NCBI GenBank assembly: GCA_015163875.1
Contig: JAAOIH010000001.1
Span: 81,641 to 145,640, forward strand
Direction: 5' to 3'
Source of the DNA: Bdellovibrionales bacterium
GTDB taxonomy: Bacteria > Bdellovibrionota > Bdellovibrionia > Bdellovibrionales > UBA1609
Length of the DNA stretch: 64,000 nucleotides
Position numbers and translations under genes: made by a program. The notes beneath the pieces are model-generated. The model worked only from the letters and a program-made list of their open reading frames with translations, was not told the origin of the DNA and did no database searches. The stretch's first letter is position 1; every line of letters begins with the position of its first letter. Below, piece by piece: positions 39,313 through 49,629 of this stretch.

Positions 39313-41055
39313 ATGTCATCAAAGAAAGATATAATTTTACAATCAGGAGATGAAAGTGCATTTAGAGAAAGCTCAAACTCTAATAACTTAAAAAGTTCAG
39401 ACCAGGGAGGTTTTAACTTTGACAATTTAGTTGGACTTGGGATTTTGTCCGGATTTATTAAAAAAAAACCAAAAAGTCTTGAGCAAATACAATCTTTTTT
39501 AAAAAAATATCATAATATAAATTTTGTTAAACTTTCATCATTTTCTGTTAAACCAGAATTAACAAAACTTCTTTCTGAGGCAGTTTATATTAAATACAAA
39601 GTTGTTCCTGTAGAAAAAATAGGAAGTATGCTTGTTGTGGCAGCTGCGGATTTATTGCCAGAAAAAATTAAATCCTCACTTGCCTACACCTCTGGAGTTA
39701 AAGTAAGCATAATTTTATCAGAAGAAGAAGAAATTAAAGCTTACGCAAAGTCTTTATATGGAAATTCTATAGACGCATCTTCTTCAACATTAGAAGAAGA
39801 GGGAAAGTCTTTAGGAATAAACTCTAATTCCGAATCAGCATTAGACTTACAAGTAGAAAATAATGCAAGCGAAAGCGCAGTAATTAAATTTGTTAATGAC
39901 ATAATACAAACAGCAATCATGGAAGATGTATCTGATATTCATGTCGAAATATATGAAAAAACTTTTAGAATTCGTTATCGAAAAGATGGAGTGCTTTTAG
40001 AAAAAGTTAGACCTCCAAAAAATATTGCATTGGCAGTAGTTAGTAGATTTAAAATTATTTCTGGAATGGATATTTCTGAAAAACGAAAACCGCAAGATGG
40101 AAGAATAAAAGCAAAAAGTTCAGACGGAAGAATAATTGATTTTAGGGTTAGCGCCATGCCAACACTTTTTGGCGAAAAAATTGTGTTGCGATTATTAGAC
40201 AAAACTAATTTACAGGTCGACATGACACAACTTGGATTTATGCCAAGCCAATTAAAAAAATTTCAAGATGCAATTGCTCAGCCACAGGGAATTGTTTTAG
40301 TAACTGGCCCAACGGGAAGTGGTAAGACTACAACTTTGTATTCTGCAGTGCAGGCACTAAACACAGAAGAAAAAAATATTTCTACAGCAGAAAATCCAGT
40401 AGAGTTTAACTTTGAAGGAATTAATCAAGTGCAAGTTAATCCAGTTATTAAATTTAATTTTTCAGACGCACTAAGAGCTTTTTTAAGACAGGATCCAGAA
40501 ATTATTATGATAGGTGAAATTCGTGATTTAGAAACAGCAGAAATTTCTTACAAGGCCTCATCAACAGGACATTTAGTTTTATCTACATTGCATACTAATG
40601 ACGCCCCATCTTCTGTTACCAGATTATTAGATATGGGTATCCCAGGTTATATTGTTGCCGACTCAACATCTTTAATTATTGCACAAAGATTAGTAAGAAC
40701 TAATTGTAAATTTTGTTTGGTTGCAGAAACAGTTGACGATAAAATTTTATTAGAAATTGGAGTAAAAGAAAAAGAACTTGATAACTTTAAAGATTTAAAA
40801 AAAGGAAGAGGCTGTGCTAGATGTAATCAAACAGGACTTTCTGGAAGAAACGCAGTTTTTGAGGTCTTAGAATTCACAAATGTTTTAAAGCAAGCGTTAA
40901 TGAAAGGAGTTAAGGGATATGAGTTTAAAAAATTAGCATTACAAAATGGTTTTTTAACTCTTCGCCAACACGCACTTATAAAATTATCACAAGGTATTAC
41001 TACGGTTGCAGAAGTTCTTAGAGTAACAATTTCAGATAACGAGGAGAATGTATAA
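39313..41055 (+). CDS. pilB: type IV pilus assembly ATPase PilB
   Basis: N-terminal T2SSE_N-like domain, Walker [14 protein letters not shown], Walker B EIIMIGEIRD, His box LVLSTLHTNDA, and a tetracysteine CKFC...CARC. Confidence 0.93.
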   Translation: MSSKKDIILQSGDESAFRESSNSNNLKSSDQGGFNFDNLVGLGILSGFIKKKPKSLEQIQSFLKKYHNINFVKLSSFSVKPELTKLLSEAVYIKYKVVPVEKIGSMLVVAAADLLPEKIKSSLAYTSGVKVSIILSEEEEIKAYAKSLYGNSIDASSSTLEEEGKSLGINSNSESALDLQVENNASESAVIKFVNDIIQTAIMEDVSDIHVEIYEKTFRIRYRKDGVLLEKVRPPKNIALAVVSRFKIISGMDISEKRKPQDGRIKAKSSDGRIIDFRVSAMPTLFGEKIVLRLLDKTNLQVDMTQLGFMPSQLKKFQDAIAQPQGIVLVTGPTGSGKTTTLYSAVQALNTEEKNISTAENPVEFNFEGINQVQVNPVIKFNFSDALRAFLRQDPEIIMIGEIRDLETAEISYKASSTGHLVLSTLHTNDAPSSVTRLLDMGIPGYIVADSTSLIIAQRLVRTNCKFCLVAETVDDKILLEIGVKEKELDNFKDLKKGRGCARCNQTGLSGRNAVFEVLEFTNVLKQALMKGVKGYEFKKLALQNGFLTLRQHALIKLSQGITTVAEVLRVTISDNEENV

Positions 41056-42134
41056 TGAGTGATAATTTAAATTTAAAAAATTTATTAGTAGAGGTATTAA
41101 AATCAGGTGCATCTGATTTACACTTAGCAGCAGGTGAAAAACCCAGAATTAGAATAGAGAGTAAAATGTCAACGCTTGAACAACTTTCTGTTTTAAGCTC
41201 CGAAGAAATTAGAGCCTTGTGTTATTCACTTTTATCAGAAAAACAACAAGCAGTTTTTGAAAAAGAAAAAAATTTAGACTTTAGCTTTGGTGTAAAAAAT
41301 TTAGCAAGATTTCGTGTTAGTGTTTTTTATCAAAAAGCACAAGTTGGCGTTGTTATGAGGGTTATTCCACACACTATTCCAGATATAAGTTTACTTGGAC
41401 TGCCGCGATCTGTATTAAACTTAACCGATATGCAAAGCGGATTAGTTTTAGTTTCTGGCCCAACGGGAAGTGGAAAATCAACTACACTTGCAACTTTAAT
41501 TGATAAAATTAATTCAGAACAGCACAAACATATTGTTACTATAGAAGATCCTATTGAATTTTATCATTCATCTAAAAAAAGTATTATAACTCAAAGAGAA
41601 ATTGGACACGATGTTAATGATTTTAATTCAGCTTTAAAACATGCACTAAGACAAGATCCAGATATATGTTTAATTGGTGAGCTAAGAGATTTAGAAACTA
41701 TAGAAATGGGATTAAGACTTGCAGAAACTGGTCACTTAGTATTTTCAACTCTTCATGCAGGAGGATCTGTTGATAGCATTGTTAGATTAATTGATTCGTT
41801 TCCAAGTTCGTCACAAAATAAAGTGCGAACACAATTAAGTTTTACTTTAAAAGCAATAATAAATCAAAAATTAGTTGCAGATCTTTCTGGAAGAAATTCA
41901 CTTGTTACAGAAGTATTATTTATGAATGACGCTATTAGAAATTTAATTAGAGAAAATAAATTACATCAAATTTATTCCATAATTCAACTTGGACAGCAAG
42001 AATCAAAAATGCATACCATGAATCAATCACTGCTTCATTTAGTTAAAAGAAACAAAATAGATATACAAATGGCACTGAAATACTCGCCAAATAAAAAAGA
42101 ATTACAAAGCCTGCTGTTAAAACTTGCAGCATAG
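41055..42134 (+). CDS. pilT: type IV pilus retraction ATPase PilT
   Basis: GPTGSGKSTTLA, LIGELRDLETI, VFSTLHAGG, and the PilT-specific AIRNLIRENKLHQI. Confidence 0.93.
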   Translation: MSDNLNLKNLLVEVLKSGASDLHLAAGEKPRIRIESKMSTLEQLSVLSSEEIRALCYSLLSEKQQAVFEKEKNLDFSFGVKNLARFRVSVFYQKAQVGVVMRVIPHTIPDISLLGLPRSVLNLTDMQSGLVLVSGPTGSGKSTTLATLIDKINSEQHKHIVTIEDPIEFYHSSKKSIITQREIGHDVNDFNSALKHALRQDPDICLIGELRDLETIEMGLRLAETGHLVFSTLHAGGSVDSIVRLIDSFPSSSQNKVRTQLSFTLKAIINQKLVADLSGRNSLVTEVLFMNDAIRNLIRENKLHQIYSIIQLGQQESKMHTMNQSLLHLVKRNKIDIQMALKYSPNKKELQSLLLKLAA

Positions 42135-42158
42135 TTTTTATATAAACAATGGAGAGAC

Positions 42159-43277
42159 ATGGCACTTAACCAACATTTAAAAAGACCGGCTCAGACCCAG
42201 CCTAAAAAAAAATTTAATAGTAAAAATTTAAATTTTAAAATTGGATCTGACATAAAGCCTAAAGATTTACAAATTATAGTTAGGCAATTATCTATTTTAA
42301 TTGATGCAGGTGTTCCGCTTTCAGAGGGGCTTGGAACTCTTTCTCGCTCTGGACGAAGTCAAGATTTATCAGAAATTATTAAAAAAGTAAAACTGGCAAT
42401 TGACAGAGGAAAAACTTTTTCTGCATCTTTGGCAGATCATCCAAAAGTATTTGATTCTATTTTTGTAAACTTAGTAAAAGCCGGCGAAGAAGGCGGAGTT
42501 TTGGCAAAAGTGTTACGCGATCACGCAGTATTTTTAGAAAAATCTCTTAAAATGCAAAGCGCAGTAAAAGGAGCAATGGTTTACCCAATTGCTATTTTAT
42601 GCGTGGCATGTTTATCAATTTCTGCAATTTTAATTTTTGTAATTCCAACATTTGCATCTATGTTTGCAGGTATGGGAAGGGAACTACCTGCACTTACTCA
42701 AATTGTTTTAGATTTTAGTTCATTTTTAAGAACAAAGTGGTACTTATTTATTGTAGGAATTATTGCTTTTGTCGTTCTTATAAAAGCATTGATGGACAAT
42801 CCTGGAACAAAAAAACATTTAGATTCTATTTCTTTAAACACTCCAGTTATAGGAAACTTTTTAACTAAAGCAATTATTGCAAAAAGTTTTAGAGTATTGT
42901 CAGTTTTATTAGGAGCAGGTGTTGATATTATTAGAGCACTAAAGGTGTCGTCTAATTTAGTAACAAATAGTTTAATTAAAAAAGTATTTATAAGCGCACA
43001 AAAAAATATTGAAACAGGACAACCTCTTCATACAGCATTTAAAAATAGTCCATATTTAGATATCATGGTTGTAGACATGATGAAAACAGGAGAAAGCACT
43101 GGTAAGTTAGATTATATGTTGTCAAAAATTTGTGATTTTTATGATGACGAGCTAGAAGTTGCATCCGCCGCAATGTTAAAAATGATTGAGCCAATTTTAC
43201 TTGTTGTATTAGGCGGAATTGTTGGTTTTTTAGTAGTAGCGATGTATTTACCAATCTTCAGCATGGCGGGAGGCTAA
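42159..43277 (+). CDS. pilC: type IV pilus platform protein PilC (GspF family)
   Basis: Two GspF-type repeats and three TMs. 372 aa. Follows pilB-pilT. Confidence 0.9.
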   Translation: MALNQHLKRPAQTQPKKKFNSKNLNFKIGSDIKPKDLQIIVRQLSILIDAGVPLSEGLGTLSRSGRSQDLSEIIKKVKLAIDRGKTFSASLADHPKVFDSIFVNLVKAGEEGGVLAKVLRDHAVFLEKSLKMQSAVKGAMVYPIAILCVACLSISAILIFVIPTFASMFAGMGRELPALTQIVLDFSSFLRTKWYLFIVGIIAFVVLIKALMDNPGTKKHLDSISLNTPVIGNFLTKAIIAKSFRVLSVLLGAGVDIIRALKVSSNLVTNSLIKKVFISAQKNIETGQPLHTAFKNSPYLDIMVVDMMKTGESTGKLDYMLSKICDFYDDELEVASAAMLKMIEPILLVVLGGIVGFLVVAMYLPIFSMAGG

Positions 43278-43289
43278 TAAAAATTTTTT

Positions 43290-44930
43290 ATGAAAGCTTT
43301 ACCATCAACATTTTCATTTAAAAATAATAATTTAAATTTAAAACATTTATCTTCTGTTTCTCTTTTTGTGTTAGACATTGTTTTACTTTTATCTTTGCAA
43401 TTTTATCGTTTTATTTACCCCCTGTACTTAAATGAAAGTGCAAATACATTATTTTATTTTGGAGTTTTATGTTCTGCTAGCGTTCACTTAATTTATTTAA
43501 TTTTAGACAAAAAGCAATTATTTAGTTTTTTACTAATTGCAAAATTTTTGGCTGTATTTTTATGTTTTTATAGCGGAATATTGCCAAATAGTATTTTTTT
43601 ATTATCAGCAATTTTATATATTTCTTGTGCTGGGATAGTTTATAGTTTTTTTCAAGCTATTTTATTTAGTGCGTTTATTTCTTTTTTATTAGGTGTAAAT
43701 ATTGTCTTAAATAATATTATAGACCCTTCTATTTTATGGGGACAGTTTGTATTTAGCCATTTGTTATTTTTTGTAACAGCTTATTTGTCTCCATTTATTA
43801 TTAAAAAAATTAAATTAAACAAAATAAAATTTGAAGAAAAAAAACAAGATGCACTTGTTTTAAAAAATTTAAACGAACTTATAGTTAATAATATTAAGGC
43901 AGGGCTACTAACTATTGATTCTACTTTATCTATACAAGCCGCAAATAAACAGGCAAACAAACTTTTGGATTGTGAAAAATTAGAAACACGAGATTTATTA
44001 GCATTTTTTCCAGATATCTCAAAAAAAATTAATTTACTTTTTGTATCAGCAAGCAAAGATAAACAAATGTCTTCTTGTGTTTTCGAAGAAGTTTATAATG
44101 ACAAACACTTTGAAGTTTTAATTTCAACAATGGATTACAAGCATTCGTCTTATAAAAAAATATATACTTTGTTAATACAAGATATAACACAAAAAAAACA
44201 AAAAGAGGTATTAGATAGGCAAAAAGAAAAGCTAGCAGTAGTCGGCAGCCTTGCGGCAAGTATAGCTCACGAAATTCGCAATCCACTTGCCGGTATTAGC
44301 GGAAGCGTTCAAATGCTTAAGGCCTCTAAAGATTTAAATTCAGAAGAGTCTAAAGATTTATTTTCTATTGTGTCTAAAGAGGTGGGCCGATTAAATAATT
44401 TAATTACAGAATTTTTAGACTACAGTGTAGAAAAACCACTGGTAGTTTCTTCGATTAATTTATCAGAGCTAATTAAAGAAATTTTAAAATTATTAAAATT
44501 TGATAAAAATTATAATTCTAAAATTAATCAACAATTAAGTTTATCTAAAGAGGTGTTTATCGAGGGAGACGTGCAGAGACTTAAACAATCTTTGCTAAAT
44601 GTTTTTATTAACGCTTACCAGGCAATGACAAATTCTTTAAACCCAGTTTTATCTGTAAGTACTTATTTTGAAGGCTCTTATGCTGTAGTAGATATCCAAG
44701 ACAATGGTTGCGGCATGCTAGAAGAAGATCGATTAAAAATTTTTGAACCTTTTTTTACTAAAAAAACAAATGGAACAGGCCTTGGGCTTGCAACAAGTTA
44801 CAATATTTTACGACAACACAATTGTAATGTATTTGTAAAAACAGAATTAAATAAAGGAACAGTATTTAGTTTAAAGTTTCCTGTATTTAAATATTCGTCG
44901 CCAGAACACGAAAGAATGAAGGTTGCATAA
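43290..44930 (+). CDS. pilS: PilS-like membrane sensor histidine kinase
   Basis: Multi-TM N-terminus, H-box SIAHEIRNPL, G1 DNGCGM, G2 GTGLGLA. Located between pilC and the NtrC-type regulator. Confidence 0.75.
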   Translation: MKALPSTFSFKNNNLNLKHLSSVSLFVLDIVLLLSLQFYRFIYPLYLNESANTLFYFGVLCSASVHLIYLILDKKQLFSFLLIAKFLAVFLCFYSGILPNSIFLLSAILYISCAGIVYSFFQAILFSAFISFLLGVNIVLNNIIDPSILWGQFVFSHLLFFVTAYLSPFIIKKIKLNKIKFEEKKQDALVLKNLNELIVNNIKAGLLTIDSTLSIQAANKQANKLLDCEKLETRDLLAFFPDISKKINLLFVSASKDKQMSSCVFEEVYNDKHFEVLISTMDYKHSSYKKIYTLLIQDITQKKQKEVLDRQKEKLAVVGSLAASIAHEIRNPLAGISGSVQMLKASKDLNSEESKDLFSIVSKEVGRLNNLITEFLDYSVEKPLVVSSINLSELIKEILKLLKFDKNYNSKINQQLSLSKEVFIEGDVQRLKQSLLNVFINAYQAMTNSLNPVLSVSTYFEGSYAVVDIQDNGCGMLEEDRLKIFEPFFTKKTNGTGLGLATSYNILRQHNCNVFVKTELNKGTVFSLKFPVFKYSSPEHERMKVA

Positions 44931-44961
44931 TTAAATTAAAATAAAAGTAATTGGAGATTAT

Positions 44962-46380
44962 ATGAAAAAAAGAAAAATTTTAGTTGTAGATGACGAATCC
45001 TCTATAAGAGATTTTTTAAAAATTATGCTAGGCAAAGAAGGCTACGAAGTTATTTGTGTAGAAGATGGAGTGCAAGCTTTGGAGTTATATAAAAAGCAAT
45101 CCTTTGATATGGTAATTTCTGATTTACAAATGCCTAACATGACGGGTTTAGAGCTATTAAAAAAATTAGTTAACGAAGACAGCTCGGTATTATTTATGGT
45201 AATTACAGCTTTTGGAAGTATGGAAACAGCAATTGAAGCCATGAAGCTTGGAGCTTATGATTATTTAACAAAACCTTTTAATATAGAAGAGGTGCAATTA
45301 AATTTAAAAAAAGCATTTAGTGCAAAAGATTTAGCGGTAGAAAATCGTTTTTTAAGAAGAGAGCTTAGACAAGAATATAGTTTTGATAATTGCATTGGAG
45401 ACTCCGAATCAATGCACCAGGTGTTTGAGTTAATAAAAAAAGTGTCTCCATCTAAATCTAGCATTTTAGTTACAGGAGAAAGCGGAACTGGTAAAGAAAT
45501 TGTAGCAAGATCCATTCATAATAATAGCCCCGTTAGCGCTAGCGCATTTGTCCCTATAAATTGCGGGGCAATTCCTGCAGAATTAATGGAATCAGAATTT
45601 TTTGGCCACAAAAAAGGAGCTTTTACTGGAGCACATTCTGACAAAGTTGGTTTGTTTGAATCTGCAGATGGAGGAACTTTATTTTTAGACGAAATTGGTG
45701 AGCTTCCATTAGACATGCAGGCAAAATTATTAAGAGTTTTACAAGAAAAAGAAATTAGAAAAGTTGGATCTACAGAAAATATTAAAATTGACACAAGAAT
45801 TGTATCTGCCACCAACAGAAATTTGTTAAAAATGGTAAGAGATAAAACTTTTAGAGAAGATTTATTTTATAGAATAAATGTTATTAGCATACCGCTTCCT
45901 CCATTGCGCAATCGTGGCGACGACATTATTTTATTAGCCAATGCCTCATTAAAAAAGTTTTCAAAAAAATTTAATAAACCAGAACAGAGATTAAGTGCAG
46001 AAGCAGAAGAAAAACTAAAAAAATATCATTACCCAGGAAATGTAAGAGAGTTAGAAAATATTGTAGAGCGAGTTGTCGCAATGGAAACCAGTTTAATTAT
46101 TCTTCCAGAGCATTTACCAGATGTGTTAGTAGAAGTAAATAGTACAGATAGTATAAAATCTTTAAAAAATTTAAATTTTACTAAAGATGGAATTTTTTTA
46201 GATAAAATTTTAGACGAAATAGAAAAAGAAATTTTAATCAAAGCTTTAAATTTGTCTAATGGAGTAAAAAAAGTAGCTGCAAAATTATTAAATATTACCT
46301 TTAGATCTATGAGATACAGAGTGCAAAAACATTTTTTATCAGAGTCAGAAGAAGACGAAGATTTACAATCAGTAAGTTAA
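44962..46380 (+). CDS. pilR: PilR-like sigma-54-dependent response regulator (NtrC family)
   Basis: Receiver domain (VISDLQMPNMTG), AAA+ domain GESGTGKE, GAFTGA and ESEFFGH motifs, and a C-terminal HTH (VAAKLLNITFRSMRYRVQK). Confidence 0.85.
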   Translation: MKKRKILVVDDESSIRDFLKIMLGKEGYEVICVEDGVQALELYKKQSFDMVISDLQMPNMTGLELLKKLVNEDSSVLFMVITAFGSMETAIEAMKLGAYDYLTKPFNIEEVQLNLKKAFSAKDLAVENRFLRRELRQEYSFDNCIGDSESMHQVFELIKKVSPSKSSILVTGESGTGKEIVARSIHNNSPVSASAFVPINCGAIPAELMESEFFGHKKGAFTGAHSDKVGLFESADGGTLFLDEIGELPLDMQAKLLRVLQEKEIRKVGSTENIKIDTRIVSATNRNLLKMVRDKTFREDLFYRINVISIPLPPLRNRGDDIILLANASLKKFSKKFNKPEQRLSAEAEEKLKKYHYPGNVRELENIVERVVAMETSLIILPEHLPDVLVEVNSTDSIKSLKNLNFTKDGIFLDKILDEIEKEILIKALNLSNGVKKVAAKLLNITFRSMRYRVQKHFLSESEEDEDLQSVS

Positions 46381-46396
46381 TAAAAAGTAATTTTAA

Positions 46397-47851
46397 GTGA
46401 AGGCATTATCTTTATTAGAAGTTAATAAGTTATTAAAAAATTTTCAAATCCTTAAGGGCGTAAAAGTTCAAAATATTTTTTACCAAGGAAATCAATTTTT
46501 ATTGGAACTCTGGAGTAGCGATTTAAAAAAACAATATCTTTTTTTTGATATAAACAAAGTGGAGCCATTTTGTTTTTATTTTCCTGATAAAATTGATTTA
46601 GAAAAAAATATATTTAAAAGTCCAGTAGGTTTGTTTTCTAAAAGACACTTAATTGGTAAAAAATTAACCTCAATAACGCTTACATTAAAATCAGAGCGTA
46701 TTTTGCTATTTAAATTTGAATCTTTTTTTATTGAATTTAATATGATACCACACTTTGTAAATATAAAAGCTAGTTATGACAATAAATCTTTACATTGGTA
46801 TAAAATAAAAAAAGCTGACACAAAAATTACTAAGACTTTCAAAACCGAAATCGAAACCGAAACTAAAACTAAAGCCGAAACTAAAGCTAAAACCGAAACC
46901 GAAACCGAAAGAAGTTTATTAGAACTTAAAAAAGAGTGGTTAAGCAAAAAAGATAAGATTAGCTTTAATAAAAAAAATATAAAAAAACAAAATACATTTA
47001 TTTTATTTATTTCTAATAAAATAAAAAAAACTAAACGAGCTTTATTAAAAAATGAAAAAGATATCAACGACCGAAATCTTGCAGCTAAAGAATGCAAAGA
47101 TATAGCCATTAAATTGCAGACCACTAATGACTTATCCATGCTAAATAAAGATCAAATTTTACAAGTTAAAGAAAAAAAATCTTGGGCATGGAATATGGAT
47201 GATCAGTTTTCTAGGAATAAAAAATTAACATATAAATTAAAGCAAACTAAAAATAGGCAAAAAGATTTAAAAAAAGAAATAGATATATTAAACACTCTAA
47301 CAAAAGATATTTTTTTACAAAATTTAAACGAAGATATAAATCTTTCTATGTTTAAAAAATGTAAAGTAGAAAAAATTCCTCAATTGCTATTAAATGGCGA
47401 AAAGTCATACGAATCTGCATTTAAAAAAGGTTTTTTTAAAAAATTTTTAAAAATTAATTTAAATAAAAAGCAAAGCTCAAAAAAAGACAGTTCTCTTGCT
47501 GGCATAGCTAAACGAAGCTTAATGTTAGATTCTGGAATTATTGTTGTAGCTGGTAAAAATGCAAAAGCAAATATAGATTTATTAAGACAGGCAAAACCTT
47601 GGCATGTATGGGTTCACTTAAAAGACTATCCATCAAGCCATGCAGTTATTTTAATGTTAAAGTCTGAAAACATAACAGATAAAGAAATTATAAAAATCGG
47701 AAGATGGCTTGCAGAGAGCAGTACTAAAAAAAAATTTTTAAACAACATAAAATTAGATATAATTTATACCCAATGCCGCTTTGTAAAGAGCATAAAAGGG
47801 GACTCTTTAGGCAGAGTGTCATATAAGAATGAAAAAAGCATTTTGCTTTGA
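46397..47851 (+). CDS. NFACT-family protein (FbpA/RqcH-like; NFACT-N, coiled-coil, NFACT-R/DUF814)
   Basis: C-terminal GKNAKANIDLLRQAKPWHVWVHLKDYPSSHAVI and YTQCRFVKSIKGDSLGRVSYKNEKSI match the DUF814/NFACT-R pattern. The N-terminus (ERILLFKFE ... FIEFNMIPHFVNI) resembles NFACT-N. GTG start. Confidence 0.7.
   Translation: MKALSLLEVNKLLKNFQILKGVKVQNIFYQGNQFLLELWSSDLKKQYLFFDINKVEPFCFYFPDKIDLEKNIFKSPVGLFSKRHLIGKKLTSITLTLKSERILLFKFESFFIEFNMIPHFVNIKASYDNKSLHWYKIKKADTKITKTFKTEIETETKTKAETKAKTETETERSLLELKKEWLSKKDKISFNKKNIKKQNTFILFISNKIKKTKRALLKNEKDINDRNLAAKECKDIAIKLQTTNDLSMLNKDQILQVKEKKSWAWNMDDQFSRNKKLTYKLKQTKNRQKDLKKEIDILNTLTKDIFLQNLNEDINLSMFKKCKVEKIPQLLLNGEKSYESAFKKGFFKKFLKINLNKKQSSKKDSSLAGIAKRSLMLDSGIIVVAGKNAKANIDLLRQAKPWHVWVHLKDYPSSHAVILMLKSENITDKEIIKIGRWLAESSTKKKFLNNIKLDIIYTQCRFVKSIKGDSLGRVSYKNEKSILL
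46841..46910 (+). repeat. in-frame hexanucleotide-type tract (RAAAYC)n encoding TEIETETKTKAETKAKTETETE
   Basis: aaaacc gaaatc gaaacc gaaact aaaact aaagcc gaaact aaagct aaaacc gaaacc gaaacc, inside the NFACT-like gene. Confidence 0.9.
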
Positions 47852-47932
47852 TATTGCTGCAATAATATGAGACTTTTCTTTGTTGTAAATAGTATTTTTT
47901 TTCTTTAAAATTAGAAAAAAAAGGAGCACTTT

Positions 47933-48841
47933 GTGTTAAAGGTAAAAAACTTAAATAAAAAGTATGGCTCTGTTCACGCAGTTAAAAATTTGTCGTTTAA
48001 ATTAGAAAAAGGTGAGCGTCTAGGTTTTTTGGGGCCTAATGGAGCTGGCAAAACTACAACTATGCAAATTATTGCTGGAGCACTTGCACCAAGCTCCGGC
48101 ACGGTGTCTGTTGCAGGTCACGATGTTTTTGAAAGTCCAAAAAAAGTAAAAAAACAAATTGGATATCTACCAGAGATACCTCCAGTTTATGAAGACATGA
48201 AAGTTTGTGATTATTTAAAATATGTATCTCAGTTAAAAGGAATTTTAAAAGTTAATTTGTCGAAAGAAATTGACGAAGCAATTGCAAAAACTAATTTAGA
48301 GTCAGTTGCAAATCGCTACATTCAACATTTATCAAAAGGCTTTAGGCAAAGAGTTGGTTTGGCGCAAGCCTTGTTAGGAAATCCACCTTTGTTAATTTTA
48401 GACGAGCCAACTGTTGGGCTAGACCCTCAGCAAATTATAGAAATTCGCGAATTAATTAAAAATTTAGAGGGGCATAGTGTTTTATTGTCTTCTCATATTT
48501 TAAGCGAGGTTCAAAATATTTGCACCAAGGCAATTATTATAAAAAATGGTCAAATTATTTTAGAAGATAATATTCAAGACTTAATTCACAATGAAAGCTC
48601 TAGCATTGTGCATTTAAAATTAAATTCTTTTACAAAAGAAATAGAAAATAATTTATTAAACTTAAATTATGTAAAACATTGCGCACAAAAAAATAATAAA
48701 ATAGAAATTCATTTAACAAATTCAAGCGACGAATTATTAATAGAGCTTTCTAAATTTTTAATTAATTCTGGAGTGGGGCTTATTGAGCAAAGCCCTCAAG
48801 ATTTAAAATTAGAAAATATTTTTATAGAGTTAACAAAGTAG
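47933..48841 (+). CDS. ABC transporter ATP-binding protein (ABC-2/GldA-like)
   Basis: Walker A GPNGAGKTTT, signature LSKGFRQRVGLAQAL, Walker B LILDEPTVGLD. GTG start with AAGGAG upstream. Confidence 0.88.
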   Translation: MLKVKNLNKKYGSVHAVKNLSFKLEKGERLGFLGPNGAGKTTTMQIIAGALAPSSGTVSVAGHDVFESPKKVKKQIGYLPEIPPVYEDMKVCDYLKYVSQLKGILKVNLSKEIDEAIAKTNLESVANRYIQHLSKGFRQRVGLAQALLGNPPLLILDEPTVGLDPQQIIEIRELIKNLEGHSVLLSSHILSEVQNICTKAIIIKNGQIILEDNIQDLIHNESSSIVHLKLNSFTKEIENNLLNLNYVKHCAQKNNKIEIHLTNSSDELLIELSKFLINSGVGLIEQSPQDLKLENIFIELTK

Positions 48842-48850
48842 AGGTATAGT

Positions 48851-49627
48851 ATGAACAATATTTTAGTTATAGCTAAAAAAGATTTTAAATCGCTAGTGTT
48901 TTCTTCACCTTTGTGGGTGATATCTACTTTATGTTCTGCTGTGTGGAGTTATTTATATTTAAGAGAGCTAAGTACTTTTGTGCAAAGAAGCTCTTTTGTA
49001 GGTGGGGGCCCAGCAGGTGGCGCTGATTCTTTAAATATTTATTACGAGGTATTTGCAAAACATATTTCTTTGTCTAATGTTATTTTTTTATTTTTAATTC
49101 CAGCACTAACAATGAAGTTATTATCAGAAGAGCGAAAACAAAAAACTTATAATTTACTTTTAACTGTTCCAATTAGCTCATTGTCCATTGCTGTTGGTAA
49201 ATTTTTAGCAGGCTTTGGCGCATCACTAGTTTTAGTTTTTATATCTTTGCTTTATCCATTGGGCACGGGGCTTGTTGCAGATTTTAGTTATTCTATTTTG
49301 TTTTCTGCTTATTTAGGTTTAGCGTTTATTGTTGGAGCCTATGTTTCTGTCGGCCTGTTGTCGTCGTCGTTAACAAAATCCCCCTTACTAAGCGTGATGA
49401 TGGGAGTAATTTTAAACTTAAGCATTTTAATTGTTTTAGGACAGGCAGATTTTTTATCAGAATACCCAACATTTCAATCTATGATTGAATATTTATCTAT
49501 TGGAAGTCACTTTGTAGAATTTATGCAGGGGTTACTACAAAGCAAATCTATAATTTATTTTATAAGCTTTATAAGTTTTTTTGTTTTTTTAACTAATAGA
49601 ATAATTGAATCATCTCGCTGGAGGTAG
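48851..49627 (+). CDS. ABC-2 type permease (GldF-like)
   Basis: 258 aa with about 6 TMs. Immediately follows the ATPase gene and precedes the GldG-like gene. Confidence 0.7.
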   Translation: MNNILVIAKKDFKSLVFSSPLWVISTLCSAVWSYLYLRELSTFVQRSSFVGGGPAGGADSLNIYYEVFAKHISLSNVIFLFLIPALTMKLLSEERKQKTYNLLLTVPISSLSIAVGKFLAGFGASLVLVFISLLYPLGTGLVADFSYSILFSAYLGLAFIVGAYVSVGLLSSSLTKSPLLSVMMGVILNLSILIVLGQADFLSEYPTFQSMIEYLSIGSHFVEFMQGLLQSKSIIYFISFISFFVFLTNRIIESSRWR

Positions 49628-49629
49628 TT

